64,000 nucleotides of DNA from positions 23,836 through 87,835 of IMG/VR virus record IMGVR_UViG_3300033273_000513; one strand, written 5' to 3'. The position numbers and the translations under genes are program-made. Of this stretch, positions 26,278 through 33,538 are shown one piece after another (the stretch's first letter is position 1; each line of letters starts with the position of its first letter). The stretch is from a virus. The notes under the pieces were generated by a model, which saw only the letters and a list, made by a program, of their open reading frames with translations, had not been told where the DNA came from and made no database searches.

Positions 26278-27290
26278 AGACTGCTCTTATCACTGGAGGT
26301 GCTGGGTTTATTGCTCACCACCTCATTTCCCGTATTCTGAAAGAAACTGATTGGAATATCGTCACTCTTGATCGACTGGATTACAGTGGTAATCTGAATC
26401 GTCTGAATGACATTCTGTTGCACGATTGCACACCAGAACAACGTCAACGTGTCCGTGTAGTTTTCCATGATCTTAAAGCCGAACTGAACCCACTTGTCCG
26501 TCGTGAGATTGGTAAAGTGGATTATGTTCTGCACCTTGCTGCTGGATCTCATGTAGATCGCAGTATTGATTATCCCATGGAATTTGTCATGGATAATGTG
26601 GTCGGGACATGTAACATTCTTGACTTTGCACGATCTCAAGATAATCTTGAGAGATTCTTGTATTTCAGCACAGATGAAGTCTTCGGACCAGCACCTGATG
26701 GTATCAAGTATAAGGAGAACGATCGCTACAACTCCACCAATCCTTACAGTGCCACTAAAGCTGGAGGTGAAGAACTTGCGGTAGCATATCAGAACACTTA
26801 TGGTATGCCGATTTACATCACTCACACGATGAATGTTTTCGGGGAACGTCAACACCCCGAGAAGTATATTCCGATGTGTATTCGTCGCGTTCGTGATGGT
26901 GATTGTGTCACGATTCATAGTGACAACACCCGCACAATCCCTGGTTCTCGTCATTATATTCACGCTGATGATGTTGCGTCTGCTGTGTTGTTCCTCCTTG
27001 GAAAAGACATCATTGAACGTAACTATGGTGGTGCAAAGTGTCCTAAGTTCAATATCGTTGGCGCTGAAGAATTGAACAATCTGGAACTTGCTCAAATCAT
27101 CGCAGATGCACAAGGTCGTGAACTCAACTATGAATTGGTTGACTTCCACTCTTCTCGTCCTGGACATGATCTTCGCTATGCTCTTGATGGTGATAAGATG
27201 AAAACAATGGGATGGACTCCTGCTAAATCAGTGCGGGAACGAATTGCTGAAGTGACGGCGTGGACATTGAACAATGAGCGTTGGCTATAA
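26274..27290 (+). CDS. rfbB: dTDP-glucose 4,6-dehydratase (extended SDR)
   Basis: ITGGAGFI, HLAAGSHVDRSI, STDEVFG, YSATK, QHPEKYIP and RPGHDLRY motifs. Confidence 0.85.
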   Translation: MKTALITGGAGFIAHHLISRILKETDWNIVTLDRLDYSGNLNRLNDILLHDCTPEQRQRVRVVFHDLKAELNPLVRREIGKVDYVLHLAAGSHVDRSIDYPMEFVMDNVVGTCNILDFARSQDNLERFLYFSTDEVFGPAPDGIKYKENDRYNSTNPYSATKAGGEELAVAYQNTYGMPIYITHTMNVFGERQHPEKYIPMCIRRVRDGDCVTIHSDNTRTIPGSRHYIHADDVASAVLFLLGKDIIERNYGGAKCPKFNIVGAEELNNLELAQIIADAQGRELNYELVDFHSSRPGHDLRYALDGDKMKTMGWTPAKSVRERIAEVTAWTLNNERWL

Positions 27291-27501
27291 TCCACAGGTA
27301 GATGATTACGTCATCTGGAAAGATTCCATCGGCATTGTGCTTGAGGGATGGGTCTATTTCGTCTGTGATAGGTACATCACGATTGAAATCAGTGTGAGAG
27401 ACAAACCCGATGACCTTGTAGATTTTCACAAAAAAGTTCACTGTTGTGTGCTTTGTTTCGCTGAAGATTGGCACAAATTGCGTTGCGTGGACAGTCGGTA
27501 G
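27274..27501 (+). CDS. Hypothetical protein
   Basis: 75-aa ORF overlapping the end of rfbB. Confidence 0.65.
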   Translation: MSVGYNPQVDDYVIWKDSIGIVLEGWVYFVCDRYITIEISVRDKPDDLVDFHKKVHCCVLCFAEDWHKLRCVDSR

Positions 27502-27581
27502 GACAGTCCTAGAACTGTCTCAGACCCCTCGCCAAGGACTGCCAGAGGGTCTATATTGTATTTGTTGAGAGGAACACCCCA

Positions 27582-27809
27582 ATGCAAGTCACTTCCAAGC
27601 GTCACTCCATGGTTGTCGAGTTCCGCCCTCATGCCATTCTGACTGACAAGTTCGTTTACACTCTGAAGTTCAAAGGTGAGACACAATCCATGCGGTTGAT
27701 GTCCCGTCGTGATATGATCGAAACTGTTAACGCCCGTCTGGATCTGCACGGTTACACTGTTACCGACTTCCTCACTGAGCCCCAACAATATATGCCCGCC
27801 GCCTGCTGA
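27582..27809 (+). CDS. Early hypothetical protein
   Basis: First gene after promoter cassette 27502-27557; GAGG RBS. Confidence 0.7.
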   Translation: MQVTSKRHSMVVEFRPHAILTDKFVYTLKFKGETQSMRLMSRRDMIETVNARLDLHGYTVTDFLTEPQQYMPAAC

Positions 27810-27811
27810 TT

Positions 27812-27952
27812 ATGTCTCTTATTAAACAATTTCTTTTTACAATGATGAACGACGAAACTATCAATCAATTTCTTGATGAATGTGAACCATCAGAAGATGA
27901 TGTTGATAACTATTGTCAAATGATCGAAGAGGTTCAACATGCTGAGAACTAA
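27812..27952 (+). CDS. Small acidic hypothetical protein (not in ORF track)
   Basis: 46 aa MSLIKQFLF...EEVQHAEN. Confidence 0.55.
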   Translation: MSLIKQFLFTMMNDETINQFLDECEPSEDDVDNYCQMIEEVQHAEN

Positions 27953-28217
27953 TTTGTCAACGTCTCTGGGTGGCACAGTAGAGACAGATATTCCTGATGA
28001 TGTAGAATGGATCGATGATGCTTTTTACATCAAAAAGACACGATTCGGTCTTTTTACCAGTGTGTTGAAGAAACCCCTGGGTCAACACTTTCTGACTGGT
28101 GGTGATAGAGAGTCGGTGATTATCATGTCCCGTTGGCATCTCAAATGTCTACAGGATGGTACACTGGATGATTACACTCGCGTCGTTAATTCTGGAGTCG
28201 TTGCAGGTAAACTATGA
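27939..28217 (+). CDS. Hypothetical protein
   Basis: GAGG RBS; 92 aa. Confidence 0.7.
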   Translation: MLRTNLSTSLGGTVETDIPDDVEWIDDAFYIKKTRFGLFTSVLKKPLGQHFLTGGDRESVIIMSRWHLKCLQDGTLDDYTRVVNSGVVAGKL

Positions 28218-28411
28218 TTGATACTTGGAGAGAATATAGTAACAGATCTATCGCCAAAAATCTTCTGGACAGTGTAGCTGAATTGACCAATGGAACATTA
28301 CACACAGTCAAATGTGTCAACTCCCGAGGAGAATCCTCCACAAAATATGTCATCGAAGTCCCTGATGCCAGGAGTTCTGATGTTTCTGGGAGTGATACTA
28401 GCGACTCTTAG
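28214..28411 (+). CDS. Hypothetical protein
   Basis: ATGA overlap. Confidence 0.55.
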   Translation: MIDTWREYSNRSIAKNLLDSVAELTNGTLHTVKCVNSRGESSTKYVIEVPDARSSDVSGSDTSDS

Positions 28412-28487
28412 TGTGATCGTCGCTGGTTATTTCAAAGGTAATATGCACATCGAAGCAGTATGGCATTCTCTGCATAATTTCACATGA
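28347..28487 (+). CDS. Small membrane protein
   Basis: Single hydrophobic helix GVLMFLGVILATLSVIVAGYF. Confidence 0.55.
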   Translation: MSSKSLMPGVLMFLGVILATLSVIVAGYFKGNMHIEAVWHSLHNFT

Positions 28488-28509
28488 ACGTATTATTTGC
28501 GCTACGAGA

Positions 28510-28558
28510 TATAAATACTCTACTGAGACTTGACATAAAGTCTTTGAGAGAGTATCAT
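28510..28558 (+). promoter_or_regulatory. Tandem late (TATAAATA) and sigma70 (TTGACA-17-TATCAT) promoters
   Basis: TATAAATA 28510-28517; TTGACA 28530-28535; TATCAT 28553-28558. Confidence 0.7.
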
Positions 28559-28591
28559 ACTTAAGTTCACCAACCCCTACGAGATCTTACG

Positions 28592-28756
28592 ATGTACGCT
28601 CAAACAATCCCACAAAAATCAAAATTTCGTGTCACTCTTGAATTTGATGTTTTCGATGATTTCGATCCTTATAACATCAACTGGGACAAACTGTTTGACA
28701 TCGAAGGTCAAGAGAGTTTGAGCGTACATGTCGAAGATCTGACCGACGACTGGTAA
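28592..28756 (+). CDS. Small acidic hypothetical protein (not in ORF track)
   Basis: 54 aa MYAQTIPQKSKFRVTLEFDVFDDFDP... Confidence 0.65.
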   Translation: MYAQTIPQKSKFRVTLEFDVFDDFDPYNINWDKLFDIEGQESLSVHVEDLTDDW

Positions 28757-28873
28757 TATATTGAACACAGATCCGCGTTCGTGGTAGTGCTTGTGTGACA
28801 CTAATCTTAGTGTCCATAATTTCCGCCACGGACGTTTTTTTATGATATTTTAAGAACAATCGAGGATTTCTTC

Positions 28874-28993
28874 ATGACTGAGCAACAAATTCAAGAAATG
28901 ATGAAAGATGAACTTTTGATGGAAATTATCGAGGAAGAAGCAGCAAAGTATGAAATCACAGTTGATTACTACATTCAAGAATTTGCACTGTGA
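28874..28993 (+). CDS. Small acidic hypothetical protein (not in ORF track)
   Basis: 39 aa; GAGGA RBS; after promoter cassette 28797. Confidence 0.6.
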   Translation: MTEQQIQEMMKDELLMEIIEEEAAKYEITVDYYIQEFAL

Positions 28994-29148
28994 ACTTTAC
29001 ATCGGAAGAACTCAAGTATCTTGATCGTTTGTTAAGCTGTGCTTCGTCTTATACGATTGCTCGTGGCGAACAAATTGACCATCCTACAGTGAAACATAAG
29101 GAACTTCAACAAAAGATTAAAAACCAACTGCAAAGACTGCACCAATGA
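28990..29148 (+). CDS. Small hypothetical protein (not in ORF track)
   Basis: 52 aa; GTGA overlap. Confidence 0.5.
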   Translation: MNFTSEELKYLDRLLSCASSYTIARGEQIDHPTVKHKELQQKIKNQLQRLHQ

Positions 29149-29318
29149 GCAAGAAATTCTTCGGCGAAGTTTGGTTAGAATCACCAGAACATCCTCGCCA
29201 ACCTGATAGAGTGATCTGCCTGCCAGATAGTATCACAACTTCAGCAGAAGGCGAAGAATTGATGAAGCGAATGATGCCCCATGCTTTTCATGTTCGAGCG
29301 TTCGTGATGGACTGTTAG
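29145..29318 (+). CDS. Small hypothetical protein (not in ORF track)
   Basis: 57 aa; ATGA overlap. Confidence 0.5.
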   Translation: MSKKFFGEVWLESPEHPRQPDRVICLPDSITTSAEGEELMKRMMPHAFHVRAFVMDC

Positions 29319-29321
29319 TGT

Positions 29322-29389
29322 GACAGTCCGCGAGCTGTCCACATTTTCCGCCACTGGGGTGGTTTTCATGTATTCTATAAGAGTCAAAG
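29322..29389 (+). promoter_or_regulatory. Early promoter cassette (palindrome, extended -10, AGAGTCAAAG leader); representative copy
   Basis: GACAGT-N6-GCTGTC, 31 nt, then TG-TATTCT and ataagagtcaaag. Related copies at 22459, 23111, 25186, 27502, 28797, 30082, 30541, 31524, 32821. Confidence 0.75.
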
Positions 29390-29403
29390 AAATTCACCAC
29401 TAA

Positions 29404-29607
29404 ATGACACTGACCGAACGCAATCAAAAGTTGTACGAACTCCGCAAACAACTTGACAAAAAGCGTAACGAACTTGCATGGATTGAGACCGAGATGATGG
29501 CAGTTCGTTCAGAATATGATCGGGAAAGAGCTGATTTGTTTCAACAAATGTTTGAAGAGAGGAACACTCTGTGGGATCACCTTGATCGCGTGACTGTCAA
29601 CAACTGA
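29404..29607 (+). CDS. Early coiled-coil hypothetical protein
   Basis: First gene after the cassette. Confidence 0.7.
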   Translation: MTLTERNQKLYELRKQLDKKRNELAWIETEMMAVRSEYDRERADLFQQMFEERNTLWDHLDRVTVNN

Positions 29608-29780
29608 TGAAAAATCCTTACGTCGAAAATCTCATTGAAATGGGATATGATCGTGCTGACTGTGAAACAGTCGCAGTTGCTGGAGTTGATAAGACTTTCC
29701 CACTGAACATTCATGGGAGAGTGTATCAAACTCAAGAAGAATACGATCAAGCACTTCACGATTTTCTCAACGGACAATGA
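29607..29780 (+). CDS. Small hypothetical protein (not in ORF track)
   Basis: 57 aa MKNPYVENLIEMGYDRAD...; coupled on both sides. Confidence 0.65.
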   Translation: MKNPYVENLIEMGYDRADCETVAVAGVDKTFPLNIHGRVYQTQEEYDQALHDFLNGQ

Positions 29781-30073
29781 ACTACACTCTCAAACAACTG
29801 CAACAACGAGTCAACAAACTCATCGAAAAACAGGGTGAAGATGCATACTGTGGTGCATGGATTTACACTAAAGAGGATGTTTGTATCATAACAGATGAGG
29901 GAGATGAGTTATATCCTTGCGAGGATAATCCTGAACTGACTGAACGTATCTTCAATGATGTGGGCAACATTGATTACATCTACACTGTAATTCAAGACTG
30001 CGTTAATGAAGTTTCAGAGGAACAATTCATGCTTTACCAACAAGAATTAGACGAATCGCCGTTGGTTCAATGA
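29777..30073 (+). CDS. Hypothetical protein
   Basis: 98 aa; ATGA overlap. Confidence 0.7.
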   Translation: MNYTLKQLQQRVNKLIEKQGEDAYCGAWIYTKEDVCIITDEGDELYPCEDNPELTERIFNDVGNIDYIYTVIQDCVNEVSEEQFMLYQQELDESPLVQ

Positions 30074-30160
30074 TAACGTGTGACAGTCTTAGAGCTGTTC
30101 ACGATTGGTTGAAACGGGTTCGTTTTCGTGTATTATTAAAGAGTCAAAGGGATTTCGCCG

Positions 30161-30349
30161 ATGCGCCACACCAAAGCACAAGTTCTTGAGCAGTTTCGTC
30201 TCAACTGGAAAGCACAAACTATTGCCAATCCTATACTGAAAGCTGATGTAGTTTGGAAGCGTGAAGCATGGAATAACTTCACCGATGATCTCTGCAAAGA
30301 GGGTTACATTACCAAGAATCAGCACAACAACTGGAACAATCCTTTCTGA
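30161..30349 (+). CDS. Early hypothetical protein
   Basis: After cassette 30082; REAWNNFTDDLCKEGYIT motif. Confidence 0.7.
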   Translation: MRHTKAQVLEQFRLNWKAQTIANPILKADVVWKREAWNNFTDDLCKEGYITKNQHNNWNNPF

Positions 30350-30549
30350 TGAACATTTTTCCCATTGATGACCAACTGATTATGTTAATCGATCGTTTGA
30401 ATAATGCGATCAATGTTTGTTATGAAGCACCTGAAATTGAGGATCAGGGTTATCCTTATGCTACAGGATATTCGCGGTCTGCGATGATAGAAGTCGCAGA
30501 TAGTTTAGGTGCTATTGTTAAACAAATGCGAGAGGGAGTGGACGGTTGA
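30349..30549 (+). CDS. Hypothetical protein
   Basis: TGATG coupling; GYPYATGYSRSAM motif. Confidence 0.7.
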   Translation: MNIFPIDDQLIMLIDRLNNAINVCYEAPEIEDQGYPYATGYSRSAMIEVADSLGAIVKQMREGVDG

Positions 30550-30618
30550 GCTAGTTGCACACAGCCCCTTGTGGGGTCGCCGTTTTCGTGTATTATTAGA
30601 GAGTCAAAGGAACAGCAC

Positions 30619-30792
30619 ATGTCTGACCAACAATTTTCCGCAACAATCTACAAACAACTGTTCACAGGAGCTGAGTGGGATGCGATTGCTTTTGCTATGA
30701 AAGACTACGGTGATTTTCATGGCGGTGTTGATGAAGCCATTGCAAATCGAGTTCAAGAGAAGATCAACGCAATTTTCGACCTCACTAAGTGA
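30619..30792 (+). CDS. Early hypothetical protein
   Basis: ATG 30619 after AAGGA RBS in the cassette leader. Confidence 0.65.
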   Translation: MSDQQFSATIYKQLFTGAEWDAIAFAMKDYGDFHGGVDEAIANRVQEKINAIFDLTK

Positions 30793-31145
30793 ATCAAATC
30801 ATGACTCAAACATTGACACAAACCAAACCACAATTTCTGACCGAAGCACTCATCGAAGTGCTGAACAATGAGTGGAAAGTTAATTCCATTGAATCTGGTC
30901 GTGACCTTTATCATCAACTTGAGGTAGAAGAAGGTCGCAAGTATTTGAAAGTATGGGATCGTCTTTATCGTGCTGGTGATGCTGATGACTGCCGCAGTTG
31001 CTGGATGTTCGTTGATAAGAATACCGGCGAATGTTACAAACCAGCATCATACAAAGCACCTGCAAAAGGTGTTCGTTATCTGATTACTCAGTTGGCAGAT
31101 AATCCTCACATTTGTGATCCCTACGGTTCCTTTCTTTATCTCTGA
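30789..31145 (+). CDS. Conserved-type phage hypothetical protein
   Basis: GRKYLKV...FVDKNTGECYKPASYKAPAKGVRY motif. Confidence 0.75.
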   Translation: MNQIMTQTLTQTKPQFLTEALIEVLNNEWKVNSIESGRDLYHQLEVEEGRKYLKVWDRLYRAGDADDCRSCWMFVDKNTGECYKPASYKAPAKGVRYLITQLADNPHICDPYGSFLYL

Positions 31146-31147
31146 AA

Positions 31148-31351
31148 ATGCAATTCCAAGTTACTGAGATTGAGTTTGATTTTGATGATTCTGCTTCCTA
31201 TGATAAGGAACCAGGATATTTTCAAACAATTATTGATGACACAATCGGTACAATTTGGGATGCCGATGATGGAGATGATCTCATCGAAGAGATCACATCT
31301 GCCACAGGTTGGTGTGTCAAATCCATTGATTATCGTCACGTTCTCAAATGA
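31148..31351 (+). CDS. Acidic hypothetical protein
   Basis: 67 aa in an operon run. Confidence 0.7.
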   Translation: MQFQVTEIEFDFDDSASYDKEPGYFQTIIDDTIGTIWDADDGDDLIEEITSATGWCVKSIDYRHVLK

Positions 31352-31515
31352 TTACTTCCAAGCGTTACATGCTCAAAATCATGAAAGATTGTGAGTATGC
31401 TCATCCTCTCACAAGAGAACAAAAGTTTGAAGTCTTCTGCAAAGTGTGTGATAATATGCTCGAAGCGGGGAGACTTTCCAAAGCAAAACATAAACAATGG
31501 ACCGAGATCTGGTGA
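31348..31515 (+). CDS. Small hypothetical protein (not in ORF track)
   Basis: 55 aa MITSKRYMLKIMKDC...KQWTEIW; ATGA overlap. Confidence 0.65.
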   Translation: MITSKRYMLKIMKDCEYAHPLTREQKFEVFCKVCDNMLEAGRLSKAKHKQWTEIW

Positions 31516-31612
31516 CGAGTGGGCCCAGTGCGGGAAGTGTCCATATTTCCCGCCACCGCTTCTCATTTCATGTATTCTATAAGAGTCAAAGGAACACAAC
31601 TCACCCGACATC

Positions 31613-31960
31613 ATGCGTAAGATCGAAAAGCAAATGTGTGCCGCCATTCATTACAATCAGAACTGGCAATCTGCAAACACTTCTGTTCACTTTGATCCCG
31701 AAACTGGCATCTCTGTTGTTCGTCTTCACGGCAACAAAATTGCTGAGGTTAGTGACACTGAAGTGACAATCTTCGATGGCGATCATCAAACTAAAACCAC
31801 AAAATCACGTCTGAATGCTCTTTGCACTGAATTTTGTATTGCTGGCGAAGGTGTTTTCCAGAAAGATTTTGTCTGGTATGTTCGTAAGTTCGTCGGTGCA
31901 ATCAACGGACAAAATGTTTACAAGACTGAAGACTTCGTTTCTGGTTATGTCTTCGTCTGA
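31613..31960 (+). CDS. Early hypothetical protein
   Basis: MRKIEKQM...LHGNKIA...TTKSRLNAL; after cassette 31524. Confidence 0.75.
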   Translation: MRKIEKQMCAAIHYNQNWQSANTSVHFDPETGISVVRLHGNKIAEVSDTEVTIFDGDHQTKTTKSRLNALCTEFCIAGEGVFQKDFVWYVRKFVGAINGQNVYKTEDFVSGYVFV

Positions 31961-31980
31961 TACCCTTATCTAACATCATC

Positions 31981-32145
31981 ATGTCAGAGTCTAAGTTTCT
32001 TCTTTACGGTCAATTTCATCGTGCAAATGGTTGGATTATGGACGACTGTTTGAGTTACATCAAACTCACAAAAGAGGATGCGATTGCTACATGTAATCGA
32101 CTTAATCCTCACTTCGTTATTTCACATATTGAGGTTGAAGATTGA
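31981..32145 (+). CDS. Small hypothetical protein (not in ORF track)
   Basis: 54 aa MSESKFLLYGQFHRANGW... Confidence 0.55.
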   Translation: MSESKFLLYGQFHRANGWIMDDCLSYIKLTKEDAIATCNRLNPHFVISHIEVED

Positions 32146-32221
32146 CCAAAACTAAAAAAGAATGGGCTGGAACTTATGCCCGTTTTTATACCATCTTCGC
32201 TCTTCTTATTCTTCTCTAATC

Positions 32222-32416
32222 ATGACTGAAACCAAAGACAACATTGTGGATCGTGATGCACTTCAAGAGGCATACATTGAGTCGATTATTGATGGCATGG
32301 ATCATAAAACAATGTACCAATATGTTTATGATAACCTGACAGATCATCTGGATAAGTATAGCGTTGATGAACTGATTACAGAGGTTGAAGATCACTATCC
32401 TGAACTGTTGGAATAG
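32222..32416 (+). CDS. Acidic hypothetical protein
   Basis: Likely start ATG 32222 (MTETKDNIVDRD...). Confidence 0.7.
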   Translation: MTETKDNIVDRDALQEAYIESIIDGMDHKTMYQYVYDNLTDHLDKYSVDELITEVEDHYPELLE

Positions 32417-32534
32417 TTGCTTTTATTCCAAAAATAGGGTAAAATGAGTGTAAATCAATTAAAAAAGGTTCAAAAAAATGTAAATCAGTGTTTTATCCTT
32501 ATTGAGAACTATTCTCTGGATACTACCCAATAGT

Positions 32535-32726
32535 ATGCTCAAATCTTATGAAATGTATGGCTGATGATGTGCTCAAACCTTATGAAATGTTCTCTCTAGT
32601 TCGTGTTAAAGTCTTATGAAATGTGCTGATGATTATGTGCTCAAATCTTATGAAATGTGCTGATGATTATGTGCTCAAATCTTATGAAATGTTCTCTCTA
32701 GTTCGTGTTAAAGTCTTATGAAATGT
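32535..32726. repeat. 34-bp periodic array: six CTTATGAAATGT cores with two alternating 22-nt spacer types
   Basis: Cores start at 32545, 32579, 32613, 32647, 32681 and 32715; spacer order A',B,A,A,B. Confidence 0.95.
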
Positions 32727-32772
32727 GCCAGAGTCTTGTTGTCTAAGCGCGCACGTTATCATGCCGCCGCCC

Positions 32773-32802
32773 AGTATAAACCACCCCGCCCAGATCTGTC
32801 AA
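32773..32802 (-). promoter_or_regulatory. Leftward sigma70-type promoter facing the array
   Basis: Reverse complement reads TTGACA-18-TATACT. Confidence 0.55.
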
Positions 32803-32900
32803 CCCTCAGAGCACCTCTGAGACACTTATAAGGCTGTCCACCATTCGTGCCAGAGCAGTCCTTTTCGTGTATTCTATAAGAGTCAAAGAAACGCAAAGCA

Positions 32901-33143
32901 ATGCAAACCGCCGCCGACAATCTGATTCAAATTGCCGCTGAGTTGAATGCTGCTGGAAAGCAGGTGAAAGTGACAGTGCTCAAACCACGCAAAGCACGTC
33001 GTTCTGAGTTGATTATGAGCAGCACAAAAGGAGTTCGCACCAACACTAATCGTCGCGGCCAAGCATACACTGGGCACGCCACTTATGCGACTCAGAGCAC
33101 TATTGAGGGTAATCGTTCTGCTTACTTCAAAACATCAGGTTGA
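32901..33143 (+). CDS. Basic early hypothetical protein
   Basis: 80 aa after cassette 32821. Confidence 0.65.
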   Translation: MQTAADNLIQIAAELNAAGKQVKVTVLKPRKARRSELIMSSTKGVRTNTNRRGQAYTGHATYATQSTIEGNRSAYFKTSG

Positions 33144-33155
33144 GCGCTTATGAGC

Positions 33156-33184
33156 ACTCTACCATAAGCAGTTCGTGATGTCAA
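33156..33184 (-). promoter_or_regulatory. Second leftward sigma70-type promoter
   Basis: Reverse complement reads TTGACA-17-TAGAGT with extended TG. Confidence 0.5.
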
Positions 33185-33206
33185 GGGGGGCGCAGTTGTC
33201 CCCCCT
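33184..33206. other. GC-rich hairpin
   Basis: agggggg-cgcagttgt-cccccct, 7-bp stem. Confidence 0.6.
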
Positions 33207-33345
33207 ACGAGTGCTCGAATGAGCAGGGTTTTATGGGGGTGTTTATGTAAGCGCGAAGCGCGTATCAAAAAACGCTAACTTCCCTAACCTACAACGAACC
33301 AAAAACGCGCTCGTTATTTACTTTCATATAAAAATTTTTTGCCCC

Positions 33346-33489
33346 ATGAAAACTCTGGCCAACCTTTTACTAGGACTCTTTGCGTTCAACTATACTTCTG
33401 CGTCCCTCCGACCAAGAAACTCCAAGATTGGTCGAAGGTCAAACTATGACTCCTCTGAGTATAGGATACCGAACAATGGAGGGTTGTAG
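33346..33489 (+). CDS. Possible small protein with hydrophobic N-terminus
   Basis: 47-aa ORF MKTLANLLLGLFAF...; no clear RBS. Confidence 0.3.
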   Translation: MKTLANLLLGLFAFNYTSASLRPRNSKIGRRSNYDSSEYRIPNNGGL

Positions 33490-33538
33490 ACAAAAACTAA
33501 ATATTGCAGTATGATGTTGAGGTAACCTTCACATAATT

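Noticed and set aside
32625-32692. CTGATGA...GAAA in the array (and CTGATGA at 25306) as a hammerhead ribozyme core
   Set aside because: No stem II can form between CTGATGA and GAAA in the array. No suitably placed GAAA follows the 25306 instance.
32535-32726. 34-bp array as a CRISPR mini-array
   Set aside because: The constant part is only 12 bp, the spacers are re-used (two types) rather than unique, there is no palindrome, and no cas gene is in the window.
32883-33077. 64-aa minus-strand ORF downstream of the 33184 leftward promoter
   Set aside because: It lies almost wholly antisense to ORF 32901, which has a full early cassette. It has a GTG start without a clear RBS, so it is treated as non-coding antisense.
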